From Podarcis filfolensis (taxonomy: Eukaryota), in NCBI GenBank assembly GCA_964270895.1, contig OZ185440.1: a stretch of DNA of 64,000 nt. One strand, written 5' to 3'. The notes beneath the pieces are model-generated. The model was not told where the DNA came from. It ran no database searches and saw only the letters and a list, made by a program, of their open reading frames with translations. The position numbers and the translations under genes were made by a program. Positions 52,464-64,000 of this stretch are shown in pieces; position 1 is the stretch's first letter, and each line of letters starts with the position of its first letter.

Positions 52464-54370
52464 ACATATCACATCTGGTAACCTACCATAAAAGCATTGC
52501 TTCATTGGTAAAAAGACCAAAACTGTGAAACCTTGACTGATAAAAAGTAAATAGAGAGACTGCTGTTACAGTGTTGTCACTCAGTTGTAACAAGAGAACA
52601 GTTGTGAAGAATTCAAAGGGTTTGGCAGTTTTTATTGCATCAGATTATTATAAGAAACAAGGTTAGACCACTACAAATTCTCTGTAGGCCATGGATTTTC
52701 AGTTTGCAAATGAAGGTCCTGTAGCTAGAGGCCAAAATTGCATAGGATGACATTCATTATCACACTGTTCCAATAACTTCACGTGAAGAAGCACTACAGA
52801 TTGCCTTATGGAACAATCCCCCCTCTCCTCCCACAGCACAGTGTTCTGGAGGTTCTCCTGACCCCACTGCCTAGCCTATTTCAGGGTTGGGGTGCCAGGG
52901 TTAAAGCCCCACTGCACAAGGAGAAAGCCTTGCACACGGCTTCCATTGACAGGGCTGGTTAGGTGAATCCTGCCCATGCATTGAAAACTCTGTTTTTGTG
53001 CACAAAATTGATCTGGACTTCCTTTGTTGTATCTCTGCACACAGCGGCACTGCACACACATATATTGTCACGTATTAGCAGCACATTATTTTTCCTAATA
53101 CTTTTGGAACAGGACTGCTATGACGCTGGTTATTGTGAAGGAAGGAGAATTTCATCAAAGACATATCAAAGCAATATTATAAAGAGGGGGAAAATGCCCG
53201 CGATGAAACATTCTGTCTGTACAACAGTTAATGCAACAGAAGTTCTGTCCCATGGAAAGTGAATCATGGAACCCTACCCAGTATACAGTTTCAATTGCAA
53301 TGTTAACACTCCTGAATCTGTGGTAATTTCTTGCTAAACTTCATAGTGTTGCTTCTTTCTGCATAATAATGCTTACCCTTAAGAATGGAAACTTGAATCA
53401 CTCAGCTGCCTTCTCTTGAGGATTAAGATATCAGCAGATTTTGCAAGTAAACTTCTAAAGCAGCCAGCCGTTACCACCCACCTGCAGCCATAATAGTGAT
53501 TGAAAAGAACATGGATGCCTAAACATGGATAGCTTCTCTAATTATGTGGAAACTGAGAAGTTTAATGCATGACCATACTTAAAATACTACCAAGGTACGG
53601 AATGTGCATTGTGGAATTTAAAAGTTATAAACCAAAACAAACCACACATGGATTTTATACCAAGTATCTTTCAATTATTGCCAGAACAAAATAATCATTT
53701 CCAAATACTAATTGTCAAAAGTTTATTCATAAGAATGCACAAAATACAACCATCTGGCTATATTTTGTTAAAGGAAAGATAGCTGCTTTTTGCCATGTTT
53801 ACGTTATAATGTATTCAGCTAAATACAGTCATTCTTCTCTGTCTTATTTTTGGGTTTTTTCTCCTCTTAAAGCATCTTTAATAGGTAGTCCAAGAAGTAG
53901 GGGAAAACATGCAAATATGTAAGCTCTCCTCTTCATTGCCATTTTAAATGAGTTCAGTAGCTACCTGTGCTTTGACAACTTAAACATAACAAGGCACAGG
54001 TGCTCCTGATTAACAAATCAGCTAGGGCTCTGTACAGTTCCCTCCACAGGTGGGAATGAATTTTCTTGCCCTGACAGCAGACAGGCTTTAAATATTTGTT
54101 AACTGGTAGGGGAGGACTAAATGCCATAAATATTTAATTTTTTTAAAAAAGAAGCAGCAGTTATGTATTATGTGAAAGGAGTGATTCAACTGGAGATTTA
54201 AAACTGTAAATATTGCTGGCTGAACTAAAACTGAAAGATGTAATGTTTACCAGTCTTTCTTGGCAGGTTTGTACAGAAGTTTGATTTATTTGCACAGTCA
54301 CAAGTGGTACAAAAATTGGTTAGTGGCTGTTATTATTAGTAGGCACCATGCTTTGAACACCCAGAAAGTA

Positions 54371-54575
54371 CAGTAAGCCCGTAACCTATGCGGGGGTTAT
54401 ATTCCAGGGATCATTCCTAAAGCCAAAATTATGTATAGTCAAAGCACATTGAATGGTGGGAAAGATTGCCAACGTCATTTTTCCTGGACATCTGCCCCCT
54501 TTCCATTTTTTTTTTAAATTGTGAAGGTCATAAATCCAAATGCATGCAAGTGAAATGTGCCTAAGTTGCAGGCTG
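54371..54575. mobile_element. Older Tigger-like MITE
   Basis: TA|CAGTAAGCCCGTAACCTATGCG...CTAAGTTGCAGGCTG|TA with imperfect TIRs. Confidence 0.55.
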
Positions 54576-57500
54576 TATAAAAATGGTATTATCGACCTTT
54601 GACAAATGTTCACATGAAATTTAACACATACAGGATTACGTTAATAGCTCAGTTGTAGAGCACTTGCTTTTCACAGCATATCCAAACAAGACTGGAGAAC
54701 ACTCCTTTCTTAAACCCTGGGGAATCAATGCTAATTCATGCAGAATAGGGTGAGAGAACCACTGGTCCGCCAGATGTTGCGGAACTACAACTCCCATCTG
54801 CCTTAGTCAGCATGACTAATGACTGAGGATGATGGGAGATGCAGTTCAGCAACATTCTCAGGGCCAGAGATTCCCCACACCTGAAAACAAAGGGCTTTAA
54901 CGTCCCTCTGCCCTCAAACATGAAATAATGTAGCACATGAAACACTGCTTGCCACTGGTTGGAATGTGATGGTGGTGCTTATCCTGGAAGATAGGGTAAG
55001 TAGTTGTTGGTACAGGGCAGGGGGGTTAATTCAGGAAGTTTGAGACATGCTACTTTATAACAGAATGTTTCATTATGTTTTTATATATGTTGGAAGTTGC
55101 CCAGAGTGACTGGGGCAACCCAATTCAATGGGTGGGGCATTGCTGTTGTTGTTAAGCTGGTTAGTATCACCAATATGATGCAAGTATTGTATTGCTGAAA
55201 TAAATGCCAACTTTGTATTGCATGATTTAGTATCAGACTGTCACAATTAACCAAAAAAAAATGTAAAGAAGGAAAAAGCGCTTACGTAAAGCCAGCAGGA
55301 ATATTTAAATTGCCTGCAAAAGAGGGGTGTGTGTGTCAAATCTAGCAGCTATTTATTTTATTAATGTCAGTAAATGTTTCCTTACTGTATCACAAACTTG
55401 TATTACACTATTTCACTTCAGGATATATTTGTATACTTTAGTGAGCAAGCTGCATATTTTCTGTTTCTGTTAAGGTGTGTGTTGATGTTATTACATTTTA
55501 TATACTTCACTTGGTGGGCTATCTAGTAGAGTTTTACATGTACTGATAATATGCCATAGCTCCCTATTTTAATTTTAAACCTGGGGTTTATATGTTACAT
55601 TAGACTAGGGGCATAGTTTGATAAAGTTAATCACTGCTATGAAATGATTTTAGGTAGCATAGCTTCCTGAAAGGACTGAAACTGCTTGCTAACTGCACTT
55701 TGAGAGAAAGTGGTTGAAGCTGTAAAATTATACTTTTTCAAATATTTATAAATTCACTGCTTAACATAGTTGGTTAAATTTACCCAAAACTAGTAGCAGA
55801 GATCGTTGGGCACCCACTTGGTTGGGATGAGACCATTCTTAGTGTCTGCCACCTGTCCTGTGTTAGTCATTATCCACTTTGTAGAATTAGAAAGTTCCTT
55901 CATGCCAACCTCAGCATAATTGCATTAAAGTAATAGAGGCACTTTGTTAGTTTTGATTATTCACCAAGAACATCAGGTTTAACTAACCAATTTGCTCCAG
56001 CTTAATTTGGTTTTACAAACAGAAGTCAAATTAAACAGCTTCTATTTTATTTAAAACGCTTCTATTTTGCAGTTTGGAATGAACACATTTTTACTGTTGA
56101 ATATTAATATAACGAACTGCCATATTGCTATTTTGGGAATGTAAACAGCATAAACACAGCAATTGTACTACATGGACATCCTGCCCATTAAAAAGTCAGC
56201 TTGAACATAGCAATTTGAAAACCACAATTAGTTAGTAAGTACATAATTAGTAAATACATCAGCCATGGGGAACCTGTGGCCCTCCTATGAAGTTGGACTT
56301 CTAGTATCCCTAACCATTTGACATGCTGGATGAAACTGATTGGGAGTTGGAATAGAACACCATCTGGGTATATATACTGGCTATCCTCATCAGCAGTAAA
56401 CAAACCTGTCCACTTGGGAAGGTGGAGCAAGAATTCCAGGTGTATGTGAATACTTAATTCAACAGACCCCCAAGAGCCCCAATTTTGCCCTATTGGCAGT
56501 CCCTGTTTTTGGTCAGGTGCCCCAGGGTTTTGTTTGGATTTGGGGCACCCCACTTTTCGGTTGTGACAGCAGCATCGGAAGGCAGCATGAGGGTTTATTC
56601 CCAAAGCCTCATTAGTGCTTAATAACCTTTGGGATGGAGAAGGTTGGATTCTAGCACCCTGCAGAGCTCTCAAGCTTCCTGCCCTGAAGGTCTCTCCTCT
56701 TCCCTCTCCTGAGGCCACAAATCAATAAGGTTGCTTTGCTTTACTGACAATGCCAACATAGCCCCTTCACCTTGAGCCTTATTAGAAATGGACTAGAAGA
56801 AAGTTTGGGGAAAGAGTGCGCTTCCTGGTTTTTTCTTATTCATAGCTTGAGGCAGTTGTTGGCATTTAGCATATTCTCCATGGGCCATAGATAAAATGGA
56901 AATCTGATCATTTTGTTTTGGATTACCAAACGAAGCAAGGGAGAGAGGAATCTTCTGAAAAGCATTGAGGTGCTTCAAAATAATCACACATCTACCCCCA
57001 AAGCATGGGGAGATTCTCCTCATTTAAGTATAGAGCTGCAGAGTTCAAGGGATATGCTCTCGTTTCCCCCTCTCCTCTCCATGGTTGATTGTAGGACTCT
57101 GTGGTTGACTGTAGACGTCTTTGAAGTCACGTGCGTTTCAAGGAAAGGGCCGAGGATTGAAACTGGGTGGCAGTTAGTGTGGGAGTAAGAGGGCAATATG
57201 GGGAAAGCAGTAACTGCTAGCCGGCTTGTAGAGAGGGAGAAAGGAACGTCCCCATGCACAGGAGAAAGCTGCGAGGAGGAAACATGAGTCAACTTGGCTC
57301 CTGCTCGCCCCGAATTTATTCATTCAAATGTTGGATGGTATGATTTAATTCTAACCTATCTGCCAACTGCTGACATGAAAGTGTCATTCTGTTTTGTCCT
57401 GGAAAGACAAAAGCCTTCTAGTTGGCACTGCCCATTCGTAATCTAATCAGTGTGCTCATTTACATTTCTTAAGGGTGTCCCCCCGCCATTCTGCACATGA

Positions 57501-58724
57501 TACAGCCTTGTCACTCAAAAATATGGTATGGACTTGGGGCACTTTCTCCTTACTGGCTCATACAATTCTCACTTTTGCTCTCCAAGACTGCCTAGTCATC
57601 CTGTGGTGGGAAATTTATATTGTCTTACCTCCATAAACCTTATGTCTTAAAGAATCCTGCTCCGCCCCTAGCTTCAGCCTCAGCTTAATCACCTTTGTCT
57701 CAGGAAACCCACTTAAGAAACCAAGTCCTTACAAGACTTACGTTTTTGAACTTACTTTGGTCATTTCCCCTGACTACCCAAGGGAGTGCTTGTTGGATTA
57801 ATGTCTTAGTTGACTTATCTGTGGATATACCCTGTGGTGTCTTTGAAACTTATTTGGCCTACATAGTATATTGGTTTGAGCATTAAAGATTTTGGCAGAA
57901 ACCATACTTCATATTCTTCATCTTCTGGTTAGAACCAGCACACCTGACACAATATCTATGCCATCAGGTGTAAGGCAAATGGTCATGGTTTGGCCAAAAT
58001 GGCCTGGTGGGCCTAATTAGGCCCATGGGCTGGAAGTTCCTCACCCCTGGTGTCAGGAGATTCATCCAGGCCCCATCTGGTGATTTCAGAGTGCAAGGCG
58101 ATAAAATTTACCATTTATTATTAAATATTAAGAAATTGCTTACTTTTTAAATTAAAAACCATTTCCACTAATGGCTACTTTCTCAAATTCATTAGCCAGT
58201 TCTTAATCTGGTTCAGGTGTTCCACAAATACATTGCTATGATTTGTTTTTTAACTGGAATGTCACACTGTGCCTGACATAGCCTGTGGTGTCTTATTAGG
58301 TAGGAAAGACTCCCCTCCCCCCCAACTGGTGTTTTGGTTTTGTGGTAGATATTCCCATGGGTTTTCTTTCATATCTTGTTTCTGGCAAGAAATACACTAG
58401 AGGCCGAGTAATAATAAATGTTCTATTTTTTTGCAGGTTTGCTCGTAGCTCCTTTCTTGTCTTTCCGTTTTCTTTCTCTTTCTTTTCCCAACTGCAATGA
58501 TTATCAGTAGAATACAATTAGCAACTTTCAGCCGTGCAGTGAGAATGCTGGGAAAATTAAATATATAAGCAAAAGCATTCCACATGCTCCTGAAGGATTT
58601 TTTAAATGATTGTCTTGTTTATATTTCAAAATTTGGCATCTGGTTACACAGCTCTGACATTGGTGATCTATGTGAAATATATTTAATAAACAACTGAGAT
58701 TCTCCCTCACCTTGTGTCTTTCAG

Positions 58725-58819
58725 AGAGTCATTTTCAACATTGTAAACTTCAGTAAAACAAAAAGCCTCTATCGGGATGGAATGGCTCCAATGGTGAAAT
58801 CCACAAGCAGGCCGAAATG
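58725..58819 (+). CDS. AGBL4: Internal coding exon of AGBL4 (cytosolic carboxypeptidase 6/CCP6, M14 N-terminal domain); 95 nt, phase 0 to phase 2
   Basis: Acceptor ttctccctcaccttgtgtctttcag|AGA and donor TG|gtaagt. Translates to RVIFNIVNFSKTKSLYRDGMAPMVKSTSRPK-W, matching the vertebrate AGBL4 peptide as I recall it. Confidence 0.96.
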
Positions 58820-59091
58820 GTAAGTTACCACACCAGTTAATAATTGTGGTTTTGGAAAAAGCTTTGGCCACAATATATCTTGGAACTGCTGCTCTTTGTT
58901 TTATTTGGTTACACTTGGATAATCTTTGATTTCTTTGTATATACTTCAGCTATTGTGCTATTTCTCTCTCCACGACAGAAGCTAATTGTTTTTATATTAT
59001 GGCTTAACCTTGTGAGTGGCAGATTTGGCATAGGAAGGTAGTTATACAGCCCATACCAGAGTCAGAGACAATAAACAATTTTCCTTTGCAC

Positions 59092-59172
59092 TTTTGCATA
59101 TTATTTGGATGCTTTGCTGGTAAAGGTTGGTAAATTTTGCATATTATTTGGATGCTTTGCTGGTAAAGGTTG
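59092..59172. repeat. 43-bp tandem duplication (38 bp identical)
   Basis: ttttgcatattatttggatgctttgctggtaaaggttg at 59092 and again at 59135. Confidence 0.92.
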
Positions 59173-60570
59173 TTGCAAATTTTCACCAGTAGTCTCTTAT
59201 AGTATAGTATACAATTTATCTGATAAATGTGGAGGAGGCATTTGAGAGGTTAGACACAACAGAACAAGCCTGGAAAGCTAGATAAGATCAGGCTGCCTTG
59301 TTTTTGTTTTACTTCATGCCACCCAAGAAGAGCCCAATTAATTGGGATTTTAGATGTTGAGATCTTGCTAGCAAAGATGTCCTTTGTAAATTATCCTCTT
59401 AGAACTATGAAACTACTAATTTTGGATGGAGTAAGACCAGTAAAGTACCACATATGCAGGCATATGAACTATTATTGTTCTCTCATCCATTCTGTTCCCC
59501 AAAATCTTATTTGTAACAGTTTCAAGCCAAATACATCAAGTACACCAAGCACTTTCTGAATCTTTCTATTTACAGAATTAATTTCTAATTTTTGCTGTTA
59601 ATTAAGTACCACTGATTTCCTCTTCATTATTCCCCTGATATGGTTTCACATTGAAACATCAAACTGTAAAAATCTATGTAAAATAGGCCTACAAATATAC
59701 AGACTTTTCTGTTGTTTTAAGGGATATTCTTTCACATATTCTCCAGTAACTTAAATATTTCAGTGTTTCAAATTGTTGTTCATATGTACATTAAAACAAA
59801 GATTGCTGTGCTCCTGAGAAGGAACTTTTCCTTGTTCTTCTTCTTTGCCTTCAGGCATCTTTCCTACTATATACAAACAAGCTGACTAAATCAGACCAGT
59901 TACAATTTCATCAAACAGTGACAAGTATCAAATACTGCAGGGGAAAATAAAAATAAAAGGCAGAAGGGGTACCACTCAAATAAATAAAGCTATTTCTGCA
60001 TGCACACAGAATGGCATAGCTTCATTTGGCAGCTATGTTGACTGTAATCTGTCTATAGACGCCATGTGCAGAATTTATTTTATTTCCTATATGGAAAGGG
60101 GTATGGCCATTTTCCTAGATTTGTCTGGAAATGGTTGGAGCATAACTAATGCCCCTACACTTCAACAGTCATGGAATATAAGATACATTTTAGAACTAGA
60201 TTAAAGCATCTAGAATTATGTTATTATTTACTTACATAAAATATTTTAAAGTCACACTTTCATATAAACATCACAAGGGGGTATACAGACTAAAGACACA
60301 CTATTATGATAAAAACATTGAGCTTCCAGTGGTTCCACTCCTATAGGCATAGGAGCCAACTCCTAGGGGCTGAGGGGTTTTCGTCTTCCCCAATAAAATA
60401 TTTAAGGGGGCTGGACCCCCTCCCAAGAGTTGATTAGCATTGCCATTCAAATGGTGTGCATTCACCACATAATATGATCAGTTGTGTGGGGCAGGGCTTA
60501 TCTGCACTCCTTACTCCAAAATTCAGGTTGGCACCCCTACCTCTGGGAGAGCTGTTTGCAATATTTAAAG

Positions 60571-60760
60571 CAGAGCTTTCCAAACTTGTAATGCTGGCGA
60601 CACACTTTTTATACATGCATCATTTCATGACAGAGTAATTCAGTTTTACTAGCAAACCGGAGGTTAAGCAAACTCCTTTCCAGCCCCGGCAGGAGGGTGG
60701 GGAGCATTTGTGTGACACACCTACACACTGCAGCCGACACACACAATTTGGAAAGCTCTG
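60571..60760. mobile_element. hAT MITE, 190 bp
   Basis: 14-bp perfect TIR CAGAGCTTTCCAAA and perfect 8-bp TSD ATTTAAAG. Confidence 0.93.
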
Positions 60761-61790
60761 ATTTAAAGAGCCTGAACTGTAACCTATTCTACAGTTGCAG
60801 TTTCCTGTGTGGTTCTGGAGAATGAAAAGGTACAGTGGAATCGTCCTCAGATTCTGAGGCGGATGGAAGAGCCATGTCAAAAGACTCCCATCAGGTTGAG
60901 GGGCTCCCTCGAGTTGGGGTGACTGCTGTAACATCTGTATCAGAGTCCTTCTTAGACCAACCGGGGACATGACAGCCCCAGGAACTTCTGTGGTCTCCTT
61001 GTGGTTGCTGGTTGCTTGTGCGGAGGTTGTATATGAGAAGCACAGGCTCAAGCTGTTTGACTTGTTGGCATCTATTGTTAGTAATATATCAAATATATTG
61101 CAAGCTGCTAAGTGACAAATACTAAATATCATTGTATGTTATCAGATGCCATCATATATATTCTGAAAACTCATTGTTAGGGGTTTTATGTCAATTATGT
61201 CAGTCAGAACTCATGGCACTAAACCACAACTTCTGTGAAATAACATAGTGTTGTGTCATATCAAGCTATATTGGTTGCATTTCACAGCAGATAAGAAAGA
61301 CACAATGAAACGGGAAAGATGCTAATTTAAACCAATGAGATGTGATGTAACTTGTCAGGTAAAATTGATCAAAATGATTTGCTCACTAAATGGCAAAACC
61401 TCAGGTCTTTTTTTCTTGATGATTCCTCTTACAATTGTCAACAAACTCTTATTTTTCCTTTTTAAAGATGTGAATATGTTTTTTGGGGAAATGTGTTTAT
61501 GCTTTTGTGGATCTCTTTTGTGAGTTGATACAATAGACCTGTGTATACTGCCCTTATTAGTGATGTGTGAGCTCACACTAGCTTACCATAGAAGGCACTC
61601 CCTTGTTCTTTCTAGGAAAATTATCAAAAAACTGTTAGGGTCTTACAGTACTTAATTTTTTTAAAAAAGAAATCTAGAGATCAGCCCCAGTCCTCTATGC
61701 CATCTCCATACTTCCCAAGCAAGCTTGTTTTGCAAATGAGTTGAGAACTGGGAGTGGAGATAAAAAATTAAAGAATAGTCCAGTAGCACT

Positions 61791-61824
61791 TCTGAAGAAG
61801 TGTGCATGCACACGAAAGCTTATA
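61791..61824 (+). ncRNA. Minimal type I hammerhead ribozyme core (Penelope-type); probably inactive because helix I is lost
   Basis: CUGAAGA (61792-61798), an extra A, stem II GUGUG-CAUG-CACAC, GAAA (61814-61817), palindromic AGCU stem III, H17 = U61821. Confidence 0.7.
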
Positions 61825-62050
61825 CAGTGGTACCTCGGGTTAAGAACTTAATTCATTCTGGAGGTCCATTCTTAACCTGAAACTGTTCTTAACCCGAGGT
61901 ACCATTTTAGCTAATGGGGCCTCCTGCTGCTGCTGCGCCGCCGGAGCACGATTTCTGTTCTCATCCTGAAGCAAAGTTCTTAACCTGAGGCACTATTTCT
62001 GGGTTAGCGGAGTCTGTAACCTGAAGCATCTGTAACCCAAGGTACCACTG
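61825..62050 (+). mobile_element. Tigger/mariner-type MITE, 226 bp (copy 3 of 3)
   Basis: Same family as the other two copies. TA TSD at 61823-61824 and 62051-62052. Confidence 0.94.
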
Positions 62051-62351
62051 TACCCAGAACAAACTTAGTTGGTCTCTAAGGTGTTACTGGACTATTTTTT
62101 TATTTTTTATTTTGACTGCATCAGACCAACACAACTACCTACCTGAATCGGGGGGTGAAGAGAATTTGCTGAAGATAGGAAATGTCTTAATAGTTCTCTT
62201 TTTAACTAGCCAGGTTGCTCCTGAGCTTGCTTAGGATCATTAGTTCCTACTAGGATGCGTGCAACATGTAATTTTCAATGCTTTCTGTATGAATTGGGCA
62301 GAGACACATTCTGAACCAACAGTGTTCACATTTGCTGCCACTGCTAGTTAC

Positions 62352-62943
62352 TGTTGGGTGTGGTTTTCCCGACTCACCTAAGTAGTTTGGCTTGTCTGAG
62401 CTTTCTCAAGAGAATTTTCAGAAGAAGGTGGGGACTTTCACACAAGTTCCCTGAGAATGCTTGGAAGGCGTTGATGGGCGAGAGCTTGAGCCTAGCTTCT
62501 TCTGCCATCTTCCACCCAAGGAAGCATACCATTGTGTGGAGTGCGGGGCAGGGGGTTGATTGTACAGAGATGAGAGAGATGGCAGTAAGAAACGAGCTGG
62601 GAACCAGGAGCTGCACCAGAAGATCAGAGTCAAGAGACAGAGCCAATAGTCAGGACCAAGGTGTAAGTAGCAGCAAGGAGAAAGTCAGAGGCTAGGACCA
62701 AAGGACAAACCAGGAGGCAGAATCAAAGGGCCCAAAGAATACAGGATAACAGTGTTGCTCCGGCAAGGCTCAACTAGAACTGTCATATATTCCTTCCTGT
62801 CCAGAAGAATCCAATGGCCAGCCTCACCAGACAGTTCAGGGCTTGAGGGCAGTTTGCTGCCTAGGTAGATGCTGAATTTGATGGCTCATCTCTTGAGGAA
62901 GCTACACACAGATCTAGCTTAAGTCCCAGTAGCTCCTCCGACA
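62352..62943 (-). mobile_element. Possible decayed solo LTR
   Basis: TGTTGG...CCGACA termini and a GC-richer, purine-skewed body with a gtgttgctcc motif. No matching TSD. Confidence 0.35.
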
Positions 62944-64000
62944 GGAGAATTGGCCAGTTTAAGAAAAATTAGATATTCCTGAGGATGTTCAGGAGCATCT
63001 TTTTGCACTTGCAATGCATAGGATTCAAAATTTTAGTTTCTTAAACCCCCAGCCCAATTCATTTGGCTGAGATGTATTAGAAACTACAACTGCTATACAA
63101 CCTGGTGACAAAGGATGCTCCTAAGCATATTCAGGAACACATAGGATTTAAGAATAGGCCTACAATATGCATCGCTTATATTATCCCATTTCCCCTCCCT
63201 TGTTCTTCCGCCTTGTTTCAACACTCCCTCCTTCCCCCCTTGTTCATTTTAGTGTTTGTTGTTGCTCCCTAATTTCATATACTAGTCTCCACTCTTCCAA
63301 ACCATTAGTTTTACTTCATAGGCTCTAATACATTAAATTTTATGCGTTGCACACACATGCATTGCCATTCCCCTGATTCCACAAGGTTTTGCAACTTTTC
63401 AAAGTGAAACAGAAAAGTGACTTGTTCAGTAAGCAGCAGATTTTCTAAATGATGAAGTGAGCAAGCACTCTCTTTGGGTAGGCTAGCTATAACTCTTGAT
63501 TATTCAGCAAGAGCATTGCCTCATTGGGGACATTAGTTTTCAAATTGCGCTAATCTTTTTAAAGTAACAACTGGCCACTCATCACCTTAGGTATTCCAGC
63601 AAAGATCCTGTGCAAAACTCTAATTAGTATTTATGAAACAGCAGCTCGTCCCTGTAGAATAATAGCTGTAGCTGGCAAATATCTATTTGACACCTGTTAA
63701 GTCTTCAAACATTCTGCATCTTAATGAGGAGAGAGTGCTAGGTGAAGTCCAGACAATTCAGAGGTAAGTGATAACAAAGAACAAATCAGCAGTGGTGATG
63801 GTTATTCTCTGCAGGTGACAATCTTGTAACAAGCCTAGCATTAGCAAGTGACATAGTCAGGCATATGCTGAGGCCCATTGACCAGTGGGGCCTCACAACT
63901 GCTTAGAGATGAGGATGAACTCCAATCTTCTGCCATGTTCTGCATGCTGTGGCCAGACTAAGCTTTCTATGTGCTTCAGAAGCAGTGTGTGAAAATTGCT

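Larger units (their letters stand above)
1..58724 (+). other. AGBL4: Distal part of the large AGBL4 intron upstream of the 95-nt exon (probably intron 3)
   Basis: The preceding exon peptide (GNLGRVD...WFNFTVEN) was not found by eye. This intron is hundreds of kb long in mammals. Inferred. Confidence 0.75.
61762..62150 (+). mobile_element. Penelope-like terminal fragment with an inverted 5' piece, split by a MITE
   Basis: 61774-61789 is the inverse of 62081-62096 (15 of 16 match). Reconstructed pre-insertion sequence: ctgaagaagtgtgcatgcacacgaaagcttatacccagaacaaacttagttggtctctaaggtg. Confidence 0.75.
58820..64000 (+). other. AGBL4: Start of the next AGBL4 intron (probably intron 4)
   Basis: Begins with gtaagt. 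The next exon peptide (QRLPPKNVYYYRCPDH...) was not found in the remaining 5 kb. Confidence 0.8.

Noticed and set aside
60620-61132. 170-aa minus-strand ORF
   Set aside because: It runs across a hAT MITE boundary and has no homology, so it is a chance ORF.
63740-63830. Strong donor GAG|GTAAGT near 63765 and a nearby ctctgcag acceptor
   Set aside because: No matching upstream acceptor with an AGBL4-like peptide; the translation does not match the next exon.
1-64000. Other AGBL4 exons or nested genes such as BEND5
   Set aside because: No matching peptides were found by eye in the ORF track or at splice-site candidates. A tBLASTn with AGBL4 and BEND5 would settle this.

Overview
AT-rich vertebrate genomic DNA, most likely from a lacertid-type lizard (inferred from Sauria SINEs, BovB with (AAC)n tails, and squamate CR1/L2/MITE families). 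The window lies inside AGBL4 (cytosolic carboxypeptidase 6, CCP6) on the + strand. The only host coding sequence I can support is one 95-nt exon at 58725-58819 (RVIFNIVNFSKTKSLYRDGMAPMVKSTSRPKW), which I recall as the fourth coding exon. Everything else is inferred to be intron. The introns are dense with transposable elements, many with readable target-site duplications (TSDs): an L1 3' end, a solo LTR, two Sauria SINEs, three BovB pieces, CR1 and L2 fragments, an OC1/Charlie-like hAT, a Chapaev3 element, hAT and Tc1/mariner MITEs, and Penelope-like termini. Nearly all entries in the ORF track are TE remnants or chance ORFs. The most notable observations are: (1) a Penelope-type minimal hammerhead-ribozyme core, bracketed by an inversion junction and a MITE insertion, with two decayed relatives; (2) a solo LTR whose putative U3 holds an intact 215-codon ORF; (3) two ~96% identical BovB copies in inverted orientation about 1.4 kb apart; (4) a TSD-flanked BovB reduced to its 5' and 3' ends, like ruminant Bov-A; (5) two frame-preserving candidate cassette exons. 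Family names come from recalled consensus features; no database search was run.
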